64,000 nucleotides of DNA from Antedon mediterranea (GCF_964355755.1 NC_092670.1:22802795-22866794), one strand, 5' to 3'. Shown: positions 39,726 through 53,508, counted from the stretch's first letter. Made by a program: numbers and translations. Notes: generated from the letters alone by a model not told the origin.

Positions 39726-40651
39726 AGATTATACTGTAACTCACTATTTATATTCTAATCCCTAGCCCTAGTTTATAAGCACAAAATACTTTATCCCTCC
39801 TGTAATTGCTAGGTTACTGTACGTCCTGTTTGATGAATAATGATGTAAAAAAAATGTTATTGGAGCATGACAAGACAGTAGAATACTGTACTATCTTAGT
39901 GAAGTCTTCATGTCTGTACTTATTTACAATGTAGTCACGGACACATTACATATTGAACATTAGCAGAATAGTAAACAAAGGTATTGTAACATGTCGTAAA
40001 GTTTGTTGATTATATTTGGATGGATGCAGTAAATAGATACTTGTTATATCTGGTCTTTTTTATGCATCATTGCATCTGCTGTGTACACATTTCTCTTAAA
40101 TATTGATTGCAAAATATATTAAAATACATCATAATATTTCCACCACGATTTATACATAAACTAGTGCGTTGGTGCATATGGGTTTAATTTAATAATGGTG
40201 AATTTTTATTTTTATGTATTATCGGTTAAAGTACTGTTGGCTACTAGGTAGTATTATGTTGCGTTCGTTCGATGCTGTGGAGTAATGATGCATAAGTGTT
40301 ACACAATCAATAGCAACCACGTTCAATTTAGCGTGTATGATACTTATTCTAAATTGTATATGTAGATGATTTGTTGGATATCTTTCTGATTATCTCTCTG
40401 TGTACACTTGTAATGAAGTGTGCTCAGTAAGTTGGCTCCCCGTAGTATTATTCCCAAGAATGTATAAGTATACTGTAGTTATTTCCTATGATAGTATTAC
40501 AACATTAATTATTAATACCATTAAGTTTAAAGGCAAATAGAGAAATTATTATTCATACAGCAACAACTGTAGTACAGGTCCTGTATTCTAAGAATACTGT
40601 AAGCAAATGTGAAAATATATAATCTTTACTGTATATATTTGTTTCAATACT

Positions 40652-41150
40652 CTAATATTGAGGAGGTACTCATCCTAATATTAAGAATGTACTCACCCTA
40701 ATATTGAGGAGACTCTCGCCAAAATATTGAAGAGGTACTTGGCCTAATATTGAGAATGTACAGTGCTCACCCTAATATTGAGGAGACTCTCGCTAAAATA
40801 TTGAAGAGGTACTTGGCCTAATATTTAGGAGGTACTCACCCTAATATTGAGTTGAGTATGTACTCTGTCTAATATAGTGAGGAGGTATTGTACACTAATA
40901 TTGAGAAGATACTCAGCCTGATATTGAGTTGAGTATGTACTCTGTCTAATATAGTGAGGAGGTATTGTACACTAATATTGAGAAGATACTCAGCCTGATA
41001 TTGAGTTGAGTATGTACTCTGTCTAATATAGTGAGGAGGTATTGTACACTAATATTGAGAAGATACTCAGCCTGATATTGGTCGTTCTACTGTATACTGT
41101 AGTATATTGAGAAGATACTCTCCTTAATATTGAGGATACAGTACTCGCTC
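40652..41150. repeat. Degenerate satellite with about 22-bp units and a recent 77-bp triplication (40844-41074)
   Basis: Subunit ctaatattgaggaggtactcac; three identical 77-bp higher-order units start at 40844, 40921 and 40998. Confidence 0.88.
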
Positions 41151-43699
41151 TTAATTTAAACCGTGTCTCAGTAAACAGTCTTACTATATCATTCAGCAGT
41201 ATATTAAATCCTACAATAATTAAATTCTATTTAACTGAACTGATTAATATCTCTAAGCAAACACAACAAACATTAACGTAAACACACACCAATGGAACAG
41301 AGATTAAAATCTGTGGACAATGATAGCCCTACGGGAATAGGAACAAGTATTCTTTTTGTTGTGTGCTTCAATATCGTGTTCGTAAACAAACTTTGCATTG
41401 AATAGAGTTTTAGTAATTGAATTTCTATTTTATTTACTGTAGGCATGCCTCCATGCTGTAGGGAATGCACTGTGACCTTGGCAAATATCAGCAGTGTTGT
41501 TAGACCTGTTATTATTACTGTATATAATATTTAAAAATTAAGTAGGTCATGATGAAAAAACAGCTGTATGGGTTGTAAATCTCCTAAAAAAGTATACTTT
41601 TTGTAAAGGCATTGTTTTACATTTGTTTTTTTGTACATTTTTATATTATTTTGTAAATTGGAAAATAATTCAAAAGTAAGCCCACTACTTTACATATTAG
41701 TACTGTACTATGATATAATTATACAGTGAACCACATACTACTGTAATCACAATTCGGAGTGTTTAATAATAAATTATTTGGGAAATAATGTTGAAAATTA
41801 ATTTAGGTATTTAGGTATCATAGACACATCACTTTCAAACCCACTCTCCCCACCAACAACAATTCTATTTTTACAGTACTGATCTGTAATCAACTTCTGT
41901 AAATATTAAAGCATATTAATAATTTATTAAAGCAGCATACACTTAATAAACAAGTACAAATTTCAATTGAAATAATGTATACAATTTTGGCAAGAGTATC
42001 GCTTTGAGATTAACACAAGACAGTGAATATTTGCCATTCACATGGGAAATAATTTAAATTAAAGAGGATCCCTAATATACTATGATAAATAATTCATAAA
42101 TATAGCAGCATGATATTTTAAGCGTAGTAGTACTATATTACAATATATTATTCAAAAAAATAGGTTTGAGGACATAATATATTATTTACATACATAAGTA
42201 TTAGACGATACAAACGTTACTTTTTATTACAATTAACTCTATATATTTCTAAGTTCAGGTCGGATGGAGGGGGCATGTGGTACAGTAGGAAACATACTGT
42301 AATAATAAGGGGTGGGAGGGAAGGGGTTTGGCCTGGGGTTAAACATTGTCAATGAGGTGTTTTTTATTCTTCCAACCAGAGTTTGTTCACTTTTCTTGAC
42401 AGCCATACTGTAGATACAGTACAGATGACGTTACTGGGAACTGGGACTACAGATGTCATTTTCAACTACCCCAAACACGGACAAACATACACTGTACGTT
42501 AGGCCTACACTACAGTATCACATACAGTAAGTTACAGTACTGTAGCTAGCCTGGTTTTACTAGCCTAGGCTAGTTTGACATCAAGCCCCATTTATTTGAC
42601 TATAGTATCACACACTAGCCTAGTTTGACATTAAGCCCCATTTATTTGACTATGTACAGTATCACATGATGATCTGTATGATGATGACCCTGTTGATTAT
42701 TTGTAACAGTTGCCTTAACATATTATGATAAATGTGTCAACATTATAATGTATTTATACGCTCCAAGTACTCCCTTGTGTTACAGTTAGCCATCTTTATT
42801 AAATTTAATTATCTAGCATTCATCATGGTATAGATATTGATTCTGTTGTGTGCATACTGGTTACTATACATTATAATGAAAATTAGAGTTAAGTTATTGT
42901 ATTATTTGCTTTTTGAATACCTTACTGTAGATCCTGCTCCACAGTAAATGACGATGTATCAATAAAGGGTTTAATAGTTTAGTATGAATAATATTGAATA
43001 CAATATCAACTAATCTCCATTCATTTTGCTTTTGCCTACACATTATGGCATATCAAAAATGGCATGTGACATAATTTAATAGGGTGCAATGCTGTTTTTT
43101 TTTAAATAAAAGAAAAGTTTGATTAACAATATAATTGAAAACGATCTGAGTATGGGTAAGAGATTAGAGTTTCGTAATTCATTTTTTTCTATTAATACCA
43201 TTTCATGAAAAAAGTGTTTGGCATTTTTCTATACAGTACTACTGTACATACCGTACATTGATGAAAATGAAAATTTGTTTTCCTTTTTAACCAGATATTC
43301 TCCCGCTACAGAACTTGGTATGTGTTCATTATTTTGGATATACCATTGAATGGTTGTACTGTACTTTTCTTGTTTCAATTACAAACAACAAAACTAGTAC
43401 ATTGAAAACTAGTGCAGTGAACCAATCTAGAAGTTGACCCCACCTGACCTACAATAAACTCATGGCAACCAACAAATTGTAAAGAAAGTAGTAATAAAAG
43501 CAGTAATTTGGCAACCACAACTTTTTATTGATCTGTTTTAAATCAACTGTTTTTTTATTTCTGCACCACACACTATTAGGACAATGCAAAGCTAAGTGTC
43601 ATCATTTATAATAACTAATAAAATAGAAATTTACAGCACATGGAAATGGATTTGGACTTTTGGAATTTCTTCTTTGAGTGACCTCTTCAGTTAAGACTA

Positions 43700-43990
43700 T
43701 TCTCTCAGATGACCCTGTACAGGACCATAATCAGCACACAGGGAGAGGAATCAGCACACAGGAAGAGGATCCCCACAGTGCAGTACTATTTTCATGTGCA
43801 ATGTATAGTACACAGGACCAACAGCTTCAAGTCCCATCCAAAGGACGAGGCAATGAGAGTCAAGTTTTCAATGATACAAGTATGGATACGGTAACTGTAT
43901 GTCACAGAACTCGAATCCATTGAGAATATAGAAGAAACCAACGGCAAATGATGCCAAATGTCTGGTTTCTACATGACGGCGCGCTACATT
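43700..43990 (-). mobile_element. SINE with a Meta-domain-like central region
   Basis: Minus strand cctcgtcctttggatgggacttgaagctgttggtcctgtgtac has a homologue at 63225-63280; a ggattcgag B-box-like motif lies upstream. The family name is recalled, not searched. Confidence 0.55.
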
Positions 43991-45017
43991 GTACTGGTTT
44001 CTACATGACGGCGCGCTACATTGTACTGGTTTCTACATGACGGCGCGCTACATTGTACTGGTTTCTACATGACGGCGCGCTACATTGTACTGGTTTCTAC
44101 ATGACGGCGCGCTACATTGTACTGGTTTCTACATGACGGCGCGCTACATTGTACTGGTTTCTACATGACGGCGCGCTACATTGTACTGGTTTCTACATGA
44201 CGGCGCGCTACATTGTACTGGTTTCTACATGACGGCGCGCTACATTGTACTGGTTTCTACATGACGGCGCGCTACATTGTACTGGTTTCTACATGACGGC
44301 GCGCTACATTGTACTGGTTTCTACATGACGGCGCGCTACATTGTACTGGTTTCTACATGACGGCGCGCTACATTGTACTGGTTTCTACATGACGGCGCGC
44401 TACATTGTACTGGTTTCTACATGACGGCGCGCTACATTGTACTGGTTTCTACATGACGGCGCGCTACATTGTACTGGTTTCTACATGACGGCGCGCTACA
44501 TTGTACTGGTTTCTACATGACGGCGCGCTACATTGTACTGGTTTCTACATGACGGCGCGCTACATTGTACTGGTTTCTACATGACGGCGCGCTACATTGT
44601 ACTGGTTTCTACATGACGGCGCGCTACATTGTACTGGTTTCTACATGACGGCGCGCTACATTGTACTGGTTTCTACATGACGGCGCGCTACATTGTACTG
44701 GTTTCTACATGACGGCGCGCTACATTGTACTGGTTTCTACATGACGGCGCGCTACATTGTACTGGTTTCTACATGACGGCGCGCTACATTGTACTGGTTT
44801 CTACATGACGGCGCGCTACATTGTACTGGTTTCTACATGACGGCGCGCTACATTGTACTGGTTTCTACATGACGGCGCGCTACATTGTACTGGTTTCTAC
44901 ATGACGGCGCGCTACATTGTACTGGTTTCTACATGACGGCGCGCTACATTGTACTGGTTTCTACATGACGGCGCGCTACATTGTACTGGTTTCTACATGA
45001 CGGCGCGCTACATTGTA
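43962..45017. repeat. 32-bp minisatellite, 33 identical copies
   Basis: Unit ctggtttctacatgacggcgcgctacattgta; 1056 bp = 33 x 32, with no variants seen. Confidence 0.98.
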
Positions 45018-46180
45018 CGCATGGCGAGTATTTAACTAATCATAATTTGTATTGATTGATGTTCAATTGATGTTGTGTTATTCGACCCCAGGTTCACATA
45101 ATTGGTAATAACAATCATTTAATTTAACTTACTGTATTTACTTTCAATGAACATTCATTATTTGTAAATTTCTCATTTTGGGAATTTATTCTAACATTGA
45201 ATACTGTAATAACTTCATGTTTAAATAAAGTAAGAAAAAGTATATACTATGTTTTAGGTAATGTATGAATAAAATATTATTTTTATGCTAATTCATAATG
45301 AATTATTCATATTTACAGTACAGTATATATTTATAGTTATATCTGCCTGTCTAGTACAGTCCATGTGGCTCCCCACTTTCCAAAGATTTTTGTGTTCAAT
45401 AAAAAAATAGGCTTTGATATTTACAGTTAATTATTAGATATCCCGTAAAAAAAATTCACTTTCAAATTTATTTTAAAAGCTGACCGACCCTGTACAGTAT
45501 TTCAATTGATGATGTCGTCTTTTTTAAGCCTACCGCAATGATTACTGTACTGTACAGTACTTGATACAAAAGACAATATATATAGCTATTGTTTATTCCA
45601 TACAGAAATCTTCCTATGGTCTTTTCAAATATGTTATTCTCAATAGAGTATAGTTTAATAAAAATCTACTATATACAAAGCAAAAAATAATCTAATTGTT
45701 GTAACAATAACAGCAGTAGCACAATGCATAATTTATTTCAACAATGCATTGCGGATAATAACGATTAGGTGTCAGAAGACACCTCCTCCATTAGGCTAAT
45801 TTTCGTGCATATTTGACACAGAATGTAATGAATGTATTTAACAATCAATGTATAAGGGTAAATGTACTTTTACTCCCTAGCATCTGTTGGTTAATCTTTA
45901 TTATTTATTAGTCACCTAATTAGTTATTCATCCATCTTAGAAATGTATCTTATCGTAGAAGAAAAGCGGTAAGTAATTCTATCCAAAGGAATAAATGAGG
46001 GGGAGGAATACAGTATTTAAAGAATTAACCAATATATAATAAGTCTAATCAGTCATGCACCAATGTTGGAAAGGGAATATAACATTTAATGTTATGAACA
46101 TAAACTGTAACAGTAAGCCTAAGCCCTTTCACTTTGGGTGGCGAACTAAAAACTACCCTTAATTACGAAATACTATTAAG

Positions 46181-46433
46181 TTTTTTTTTTTTTTTTAATT
46201 TAATGAGAGTGATCCATCCAGCAATTGCTGATCATTAGGGACCCTCAGAGGTTCACAAGACAAACATACAGTATACACAAGATGCTCTACATAAACAAAG
46301 TCTTATTACAAGTCTTTGGGAGTGGAATTGTCATTTTGTCCTTAGAAAAAATCCTGACATGTGCCGGGACTTGAACCCAGGACCCTTGAAGTGGTAGCCA
46401 AGCATCATAACCACCAAGCCACAACTCCACTCC
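46181..46433 (-). mobile_element. tRNA-derived SINE head followed by a LINE-like 3' end and poly(A)
   Basis: Minus strand has A box tggcttggtgg and B box ggttcaagtcc, and ends gagggtccctaatgatcagcaattgctggatggatcactctcattaaatt(a)16. Confidence 0.65.
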
Positions 46434-47250
46434 TACAGTCCATACTACAGTAACATAATAGCATTTGTAGAGAGGAAAATGAAAGCTTCTACTTTTCAAG
46501 CTATACTGTAACTCGCTCTTTGATTGAGGAAATGTTGGTTGGTTTATCAAGGTACTTTTTTTGTACTTTATAGTGAATCTACTACCGTTAGCCTCTTGAG
46601 AAGAATTCACAAACGGCAAACCCAAACTAAAATTACGGGACTGAAATGGAAAATAAATAAAATAAATTGTTGATTTTATAGATCATCCTTACCTTGAATC
46701 CATTTTTTATGATTCAATTTTTTAAATGAAAATACAGTAAAAAAAATCTCTACCTTTAAAAATTTTATCAATCCTATTTTATAATGATACCTTGATATTT
46801 TTTACAATGTAGTGTGATGTTACTCGAAGATTATCGTGTGATATTTTTGCTTCATTTGTTCTCATCTCAGTGTATTGTATCCAGTGATTTCACACAACAG
46901 CTGTGCATTGTAACAAATAATTTTAATTGTTCATAAAATTACTGTTTACTTCAACGCTATTGCGTTACGTTTTGACCAAAAAAATCATTAGAAATCATGA
47001 TAAATCTAAAAATTATATTACTGTACTAAATGGAAAATGATAATTTGATATATTTTTCCAATTGTTTTAGGGTAAATTTCAGCAAGGAAAGTTCTATTTT
47101 GTATGTAGCCATTTTGTATCAGAGAATTTGGTTGTTTTTGTGTTCTTGTAGCGCTTATCTGTTGTAATTTTTCTGTGTATCTTTACTGTTTTAAATTTCT
47201 GTTAATTTCTTTTTAATGGACAAATAAAGATAGTATGACTACTGTATGAC

Positions 47251-47274
47251 CAGGGAGTTGTTATCAACTCCCTG
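47251..47274. mobile_element. 24-bp palindromic P-like footprint
   Basis: cagggagttgttatcaactccctg is flanked by the exact 7-bp repeat gtatgac (47244-47250, 47275-47281). Confidence 0.75.
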
Positions 47275-49155
47275 GTATGACGGAGTATTAATATGTTGAG
47301 GCTTGTTCAATGATGATAGATATTTACTACTGTTGCACTGTATGTACCAGCAACTTCTTAGCAGCGTCATTCACATCTTTATCAATAAAAACACCAGTCA
47401 GAACTATCATGTTTAACTATTGTTGGTCTTTCTCATAACAGTCATGATTTGATATCAAATAACATACCAGTTACCAATGTTTTGAGAATTACAAGTTCAA
47501 TTGGGAAATATTACTGTAGTTTAAGTGGTTAGGAGCAACGGCCTAAAATTGTTAAAATTAACCAAGATATTGTCCTTCTAAACAAATTTTGTTGTACATT
47601 TTTGTTGTTGAATATACCATTTTAATGTCACATAATAGTTATTCACTTTGACCAAAAACTGGATCGAAAACATTTTTAAAAATAAATACTGTATATACCT
47701 AAATTGTCATTGTCATTTTTTTTTTAAATAACCGTTTCTTTTGCCTTTTTATAAGTGAAATAATTTTTTTTTCTAATTGTCCGTATTTTGCATTACATAA
47801 TTTGGAGGTTGGAAATAAGAGTCTGTCCCACCTCTCTTGTGGAGATTATTTTCCCTACCATGAAGGAATAAAGATTATTTCTATATATTGGTTCTCATTT
47901 TATGTCCCAATGGCTTCCAAAATTGCTATTTACTATTTACTGTGCTTTTCCGTTCGGTGTCTATTTAAAAATCCTGATAATTTCTTTTCCCAGGTTTCAC
48001 TCAACCATACTTCCCTGATAAGGCTTTCCCTTTTTGGGCGACAGGAACTAACCGCGACACAAACGATTATTTAAAGGAAATAGGCAATGGAGAAAACAGA
48101 TTTTAGTACGGAAACAATAAAGTCAAAATGGATGTTCTGTTACCAGAGATAAAGAAAGTTTATATCTAGAATGCCATACAATAGGAAGGAACACAGTCCA
48201 TTGTCTGTACAGTAGTTCATAAATAATATCAATAATATTATCAATTCCTTTACTGTATACAATAAGCACTCTATACTGATCCATTATTCTAGTAGAATCT
48301 CTTGAAATGCAGCACCATTATACTCTATTGTATATTATCTTTTTATTATCTACTGTAATACAGTAGTTTGCATACAAATTGTACTACATACAGTCAACTC
48401 TCCAAATACTGGACACACTGAAAACCGGAAACTTTCCCATTACCAGACTTTTCTTGAGGTTCAAAAGGTCTCAAATTTCTTTTTACCATTTAAACCACAT
48501 TCTGAAAACCAGACATATTTGGCCATCCCAAAGGTGTCCGGTATTGGGAGAGTAGACTGCAGTTTTAATCTAGCTTTCTTCAATTCTTTTTTCTAACAAC
48601 CCAACATAACTGTCTTTCACAAATTTACTTTTTAATACTGCACTGTAGTGGAAAACAACTATAGACCTTAAGAAGAGAATTCAGGCTCTGAGTGAGAGTG
48701 TTTTAAGATTTTTCTAATTTCAGGAAAGCTAACATATGTATGGTATTGATATTGAAGCACTAAATTGTAACATGACAATTCAAGTTAATACAATAGATTT
48801 TGATATTAAATATTGATTAATGTACAGACTGTATGTATTTTAAGCAAACATGACTAAAATAACAAGTACAGTAGTAGAGAACTACACATAAATAAAAGTT
48901 TATTTAGATTGGTATTTTAAAAATTATTCATTATTCTTCATATTCAGCAGAAAAGCAAAAGGAGGCATTTAGATGAGGCCGATTTAAACATTTAAAAGAA
49001 GTTTCTACAATTTTTTTTTATAGGAAAATCACACAGTTGACTTTGGCACGTGCTTTTACAGTTCATAAAGTTGCTGAATCTGTTGTGGGCTTGTTTAAAT
49101 CATGGAATACAGTACATTATTATCATAATAACAGAAACTCAATTTTGAGTACTCA

Positions 49156-49701
<546 letters not shown>

Positions 49702-50150
49702 TTAGCTGAGCGACTTTCACACGTACAGAAAAAGGGAAGAAGCCTTCCCAAAAAAGGCTCAGCAACACGATTGCAACAAACACGAAAGTCACAGATGATA
49801 ATAAGCCTACTGTAATACTCTTGAATCCAGTTTTAAGCGTATAAACATTCGCAACTTTCAGTTGATAAAAACATTCGTCTCATTGTTGTATTTATTACCA
49901 CTTTTAGTCAACCAAAACTCATCTCTGACTGAGAACAAACTTAGCAGTTGTTGCTTTTTTCAGTAAGTTGTTGCTTTGATTGTTCAATCAGATCGAGGGA
50001 TTGGAATGATATTCGACATTGAGGGCGCTGTAATACATTTTCCACTTGTCAAAACGCAAGATTCATTATACACAATAATGTATGTTCATCTTTGTTAATC
50101 AAATATTCCATTTATCAATAATTAAAGAATAAATATTATGTAATGGCTGA

Positions 50151-50298
50151 TATTTATTTATTTATTTATTTATTTGGAATTACACCTTTAGATCGGTGGC
50201 ACACTTAGCACAAAGGTGCATCCTTCACAATATAAAATATAACAATTAACAGAAAAGTAAAAAAAGGCAAAAGCAACTATCAACCCCTATCCTACCTA
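50151..50298 (-). mobile_element. LINE-like 3' terminus with (TAAA)n tail
   Basis: ggatgcacc...gtgccacc...aaggtgtaattccaaataaa plus a microsatellite; homologous to 53424-53508. Confidence 0.65.
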
Positions 50299-50533
50299 CT
50301 CGAGTTCCTCCCTTCTTTACGCCTACAATAATCGCATCAGGTAACTTACTGGTTCCTTTAATAGTTCCAGATTTTGAACTCTGATGATTTTTATCATTAT
50401 AATCTACACCATCTTCTGATTTTGATGCATTACCTTGTCGTGGTTGAACACCCATTTCAAAGGGTAATCGTTCCAGTAAAGTTGGTGTCATATTATTTAA
50501 TTTCATGGTGGGTGAAAATGTTGGCGATGAAGG
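50299..50533 (-). pseudogene. 235-bp partial duplicate of HS3ST exon 1
   Basis: Matches 49266-49500 with 2 substitutions seen (I>V, K>T); lacks the start codon, the TM segment and the exon end. Confidence 0.92.
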
Positions 50534-50639
50534 ACACCTTTTCACCTTTTCTTAAACCAAATTTACTTACAGCCCATAATTATAGCCATAAAAACACAAG
50601 AGTTTACTTTGTCTTCACATAACGTAACAAACATACATG

Positions 50640-50900
50640 GTACATAATAAATGTCTTGAAATGTTGCTGGTTCGGGCCAGGAGGTTTGATATAGCAGTGC
50701 TCCCCCATTGATAACATACAGAGGGCAGTGAGATGAAGGTTTCTGAGTAGTCTAGCATGCAGTATGTATGGAGTTAATGGAGTAAAAGAGGGCTGCAGGA
50801 AAAGTACAAGGCTCTTTTTCAACATGAAATAGTATATGTGAGGGAATGTGGACTGCTTCTCTATTGATGAATATGGCTGAAATTGACCCATAGTGTAATA
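50640..50900 (-). mobile_element. Possible highly decayed RTE-like LINE remnant
   Basis: HARLLRNLHLTALCML loosely resembles the RTE post-RT motif H..LLE.FH.RCLR.IL. Confidence 0.3.
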
Positions 50901-51035
50901 ATATGTTCTTTCCTCTTAAATTAATATTGTGTCACGGTTGCTCTTCATTCATTGATTTAATACTGTATGTTCTCTATGCCTTGTGAATGCATGTAAAGTC
51001 TTTCCTTGGTATGAAGCTCGACTGTACACATTAAT

Positions 51036-51936
51036 TTGCATTTCATACATGGTGTTAGTCTTAAAAGGTCATCACACCTGCACCTTACAAACTCTGTAAA
51101 ATCAAAGGTCCCCAAAAAAGAAATCATCGCATCAGGGGAATTGGCATTGGCATTCTATAGGAATACGTTCTGGGAGAAAGTAGCAAAAAGCAAAACAGCA
51201 CTTGAAATAAAATCTATTCCCCCAACAACAATTATAAGTGCTGCAAAATGTAATTCCCTGCATGTCTATTACTATGGTACAGCAGTGGATAGAAAATACT
51301 CTTCAACCCACAGACTGGGGGACGGAAAGTTACAAATGGCGTGGTGTGTCCATTGATGACAAATTTAGCCCCAGTACCACTGTTTGTGAAGAATACCACG
51401 GCATCAGCACATGCTCAATTCCTACCTATAGACAGACGATGATAACCGGATAATAAAAATGAATGGATTAATAGATTGTAAGATTGTATAATTCTATTGT
51501 TGTGACAGTACAAATGTAAATGTGTAAATGAACTGTTTTATTAGACACCATATAGTCCTGCATTATAATGCATAGGACCACTGCCTATTATTATAACTGT
51601 GGTGATATCTTAATACTTAAATGTGTGTTTTGCTGCCAAATAGCACTTATATTGCAGTTGAAATGTTTGACACTAAAGAAATATAAAAAGCATTATAAAA
51701 ACTGCTATCAAGTGGTAATTAGATATACAATATATGTTTTTTGTTCATTATTAGACATTTTTTGCCATTGGCGGCCAGTTTGTTTAAAAAAACCTATTTC
51801 CCCTACCTGGATTTTTCAAGACTTTTAGCATGTTCATAGGCCTATAGGGACCTTATAGAAATGCATTGTGGTGAAAAAAATTCTGTTGCAATTTTGTCAA
51901 CCTTTTACTGATTCTGAGCTTATCTTTCCTGTACTA
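51036..51936 (+). mobile_element. Decayed 3' part of an Academ-like (XPG/PIN-type) DNA transposon
   Basis: Frameshifted peptide FWEKVAKSKTALEIKSIPPT..SAAKCNSLHVYY / VQQWIENTLQPTDWG resembles the LPPTS.AA..HSLRVY.QVQ.W....P..WGW motif; candidate terminus ...gtacta at 51936. The assignment comes from a recalled motif. Confidence 0.6.
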
Positions 51937-52278
51937 GAGGCCTGCCCTCACCTTGTCAACATTTACGTGTGAACTCCTTTTTTTTGACATGTGATATTAT
52001 TTCATACCGGTATTTATTTTCACCACCACCACCACCACCACAACAGAGCAAAGTACAGATTATAATCTACTTCGTATGTAACGCTGTTTAAATAAACCAT
52101 AGCAACATTAACATTGATAACTCTAAATGACATATGCTATGTCTAAATCATGTTGTATCGCCGTGAGTATTAAATGTTTGTTGATTTTTTTTATAACATT
52201 TGAACCATACACTTGTATATGCTTAACATGTTGGGATTAAAAAGAACTGTCTGAATTGTATTCTAATAAACTGGTTTA

Positions 52279-52327
52279 ACGTGTCCAGGTTGTGTGTGCG
52301 CACAGTGCACACACAACCTGGACACGT
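52279..52327. repeat. Perfect 21-bp-arm hairpin/palindrome
   Basis: acgtgtccaggttgtgtgtgc-gcacagt-gcacacacaacctggacacgt. Confidence 0.9.
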
Positions 52328-52568
52328 GCACCTGGGGCTTTAAGGTATAGGCCTATCATATAACGTGCAATGTTGCTTGAAAACCAGTTAAACCACTCTT
52401 TTTGGACACCCCTATTCATGGATCTTATTCCCCTGTTAAGAAATTTGTTGCGGATCCCGATGACTAACATGAAGTATAAACCATGTCATGTTAATACTAC
52501 ACAAGAACCTCTATTAAAAAAGACAACTTAAATAGGGGTATCCCTGTACCATGGAGGTATAGCATTTT

Positions 52569-52883
52569 TTATATAACACCTATATAAATTCCTGTCATTT
52601 GATTGGACGAATGTGGGTCACATGGCGTGCAATAGTACGCACTATTCAAGGATCGTTAAATAGTACTTTTTGAAACATTTTTGTGTACGAAAAAAAAACG
52701 TCTAGATGTTATATAAAACAAATAATGAATGTTTTGTATTCGTGTAATGGTACAAATAATGGCACTTGGTGAATGATGAAAGGTTATATCAACTCGGCTT
52801 TGCCTCGTTGATATAACCTTTCATCATTCACCTCGTGCCATTATTTGTACCATTGCACTCATAAACATTCATTATTTGTATAA
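52569..52883. mobile_element. Crypton-like non-autonomous element with long terminal hairpin, nested in a catggaggtata...tatacctccatg micro-element (52550-52900)
   Basis: Hairpin with arms of about 80 bp centred on aactcggctttgcctcgtt; internal inverted repeat ttatataaca/tgttatataa. Confidence 0.6.
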
Positions 52884-52985
52884 TATTTTATACCTCCATG
52901 GTTGTAGTGCTAAAAACAAATATAACCAGTTGTTCGATCTATAGGAAACTATTTTACAGGAAATTGTAATATTGGTATTCATAGG

Positions 52986-53015
52986 ATGAGTTCTCCTGTA
53001 TGTAGGAATTACAAG
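52986..53015 (+). CDS. GAL3ST-like sulfotransferase, probable coding exon 1 (MSSPVCRNYK)
   Basis: ATG and a phase-0 donor aag|gtaaaa join in frame to the TM exon, giving a short basic cytosolic tail. Confidence 0.6.
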
Positions 53016-53249
53016 GTAAAAAACAAAAATATATTTCAGGAAATGAAGGGCGTTTTTTAAAATATTTTTAAAATAATCACATTGATTTATGCTACCAATT
53101 TATATGACACTACTTTACATGAACAAAATGAATGAAACATTTTCAACTTCAAGAAAACCATTTAATCCAATAATAATATCGTACAAAAGAACAAAAAAAT
53201 GAGATCCAAGATTTACCTTTATTTGCTGCTTTATGTGTATTTATTGTAA

Positions 53250-53420
53250 TATGGCGCGCCAAGCTGTCATTTATTCGGAAATAAAGATATCTTAATTTTA
53301 AACTAAGATATCTAAGTTTAAAACTTAATTCATTTCTTATTAATTTCTTAATTATCCAATACAAAAGTTTAAAACTAAGATATCTGTATATCCGAATAAA
53401 TGACAGCTTGGCGCGCCATA
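53250..53420. mobile_element. MITE with 30-bp perfect TIRs
   Basis: tatggcgcgccaagctgtcatttattcgga / tccgaataaatgacagcttggcgcgccata. Confidence 0.8.
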
Positions 53421-53423
53421 AGT

Positions 53424-53508
53424 AATAATAATAATAATAATAATAATAATTTATTTGGAGTTTACACTTTTACAACAGTGGCACTCGACCAAATGGAGGG
53501 TGCATCCA
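53424..53508 (-). mobile_element. LINE-like 3' terminus with (ATT)n tail
   Basis: Homologous to 50170-50223. Confidence 0.65.

Noticed and set aside
43962-45017. CRISPR-like array (32-bp repeats)
   Set aside because: There are no spacers and no cas genes, and the context is eukaryotic; the same applies to the 37-bp array at 1274-1498.
46355-46433. tRNA genes here and at 39650-39725 and 2790-2840
   Set aside because: A/B boxes are present, but no intact cloverleaf is evident and the heads continue into repeat bodies, so they are SINE heads.
50246-50545. 99-aa ORF as a second HS3ST gene or alternative first exon
   Set aside because: It has a GTG start, no TM anchor and no good acceptor, and it stops right after the PAPS loop before running into LINE sequence.
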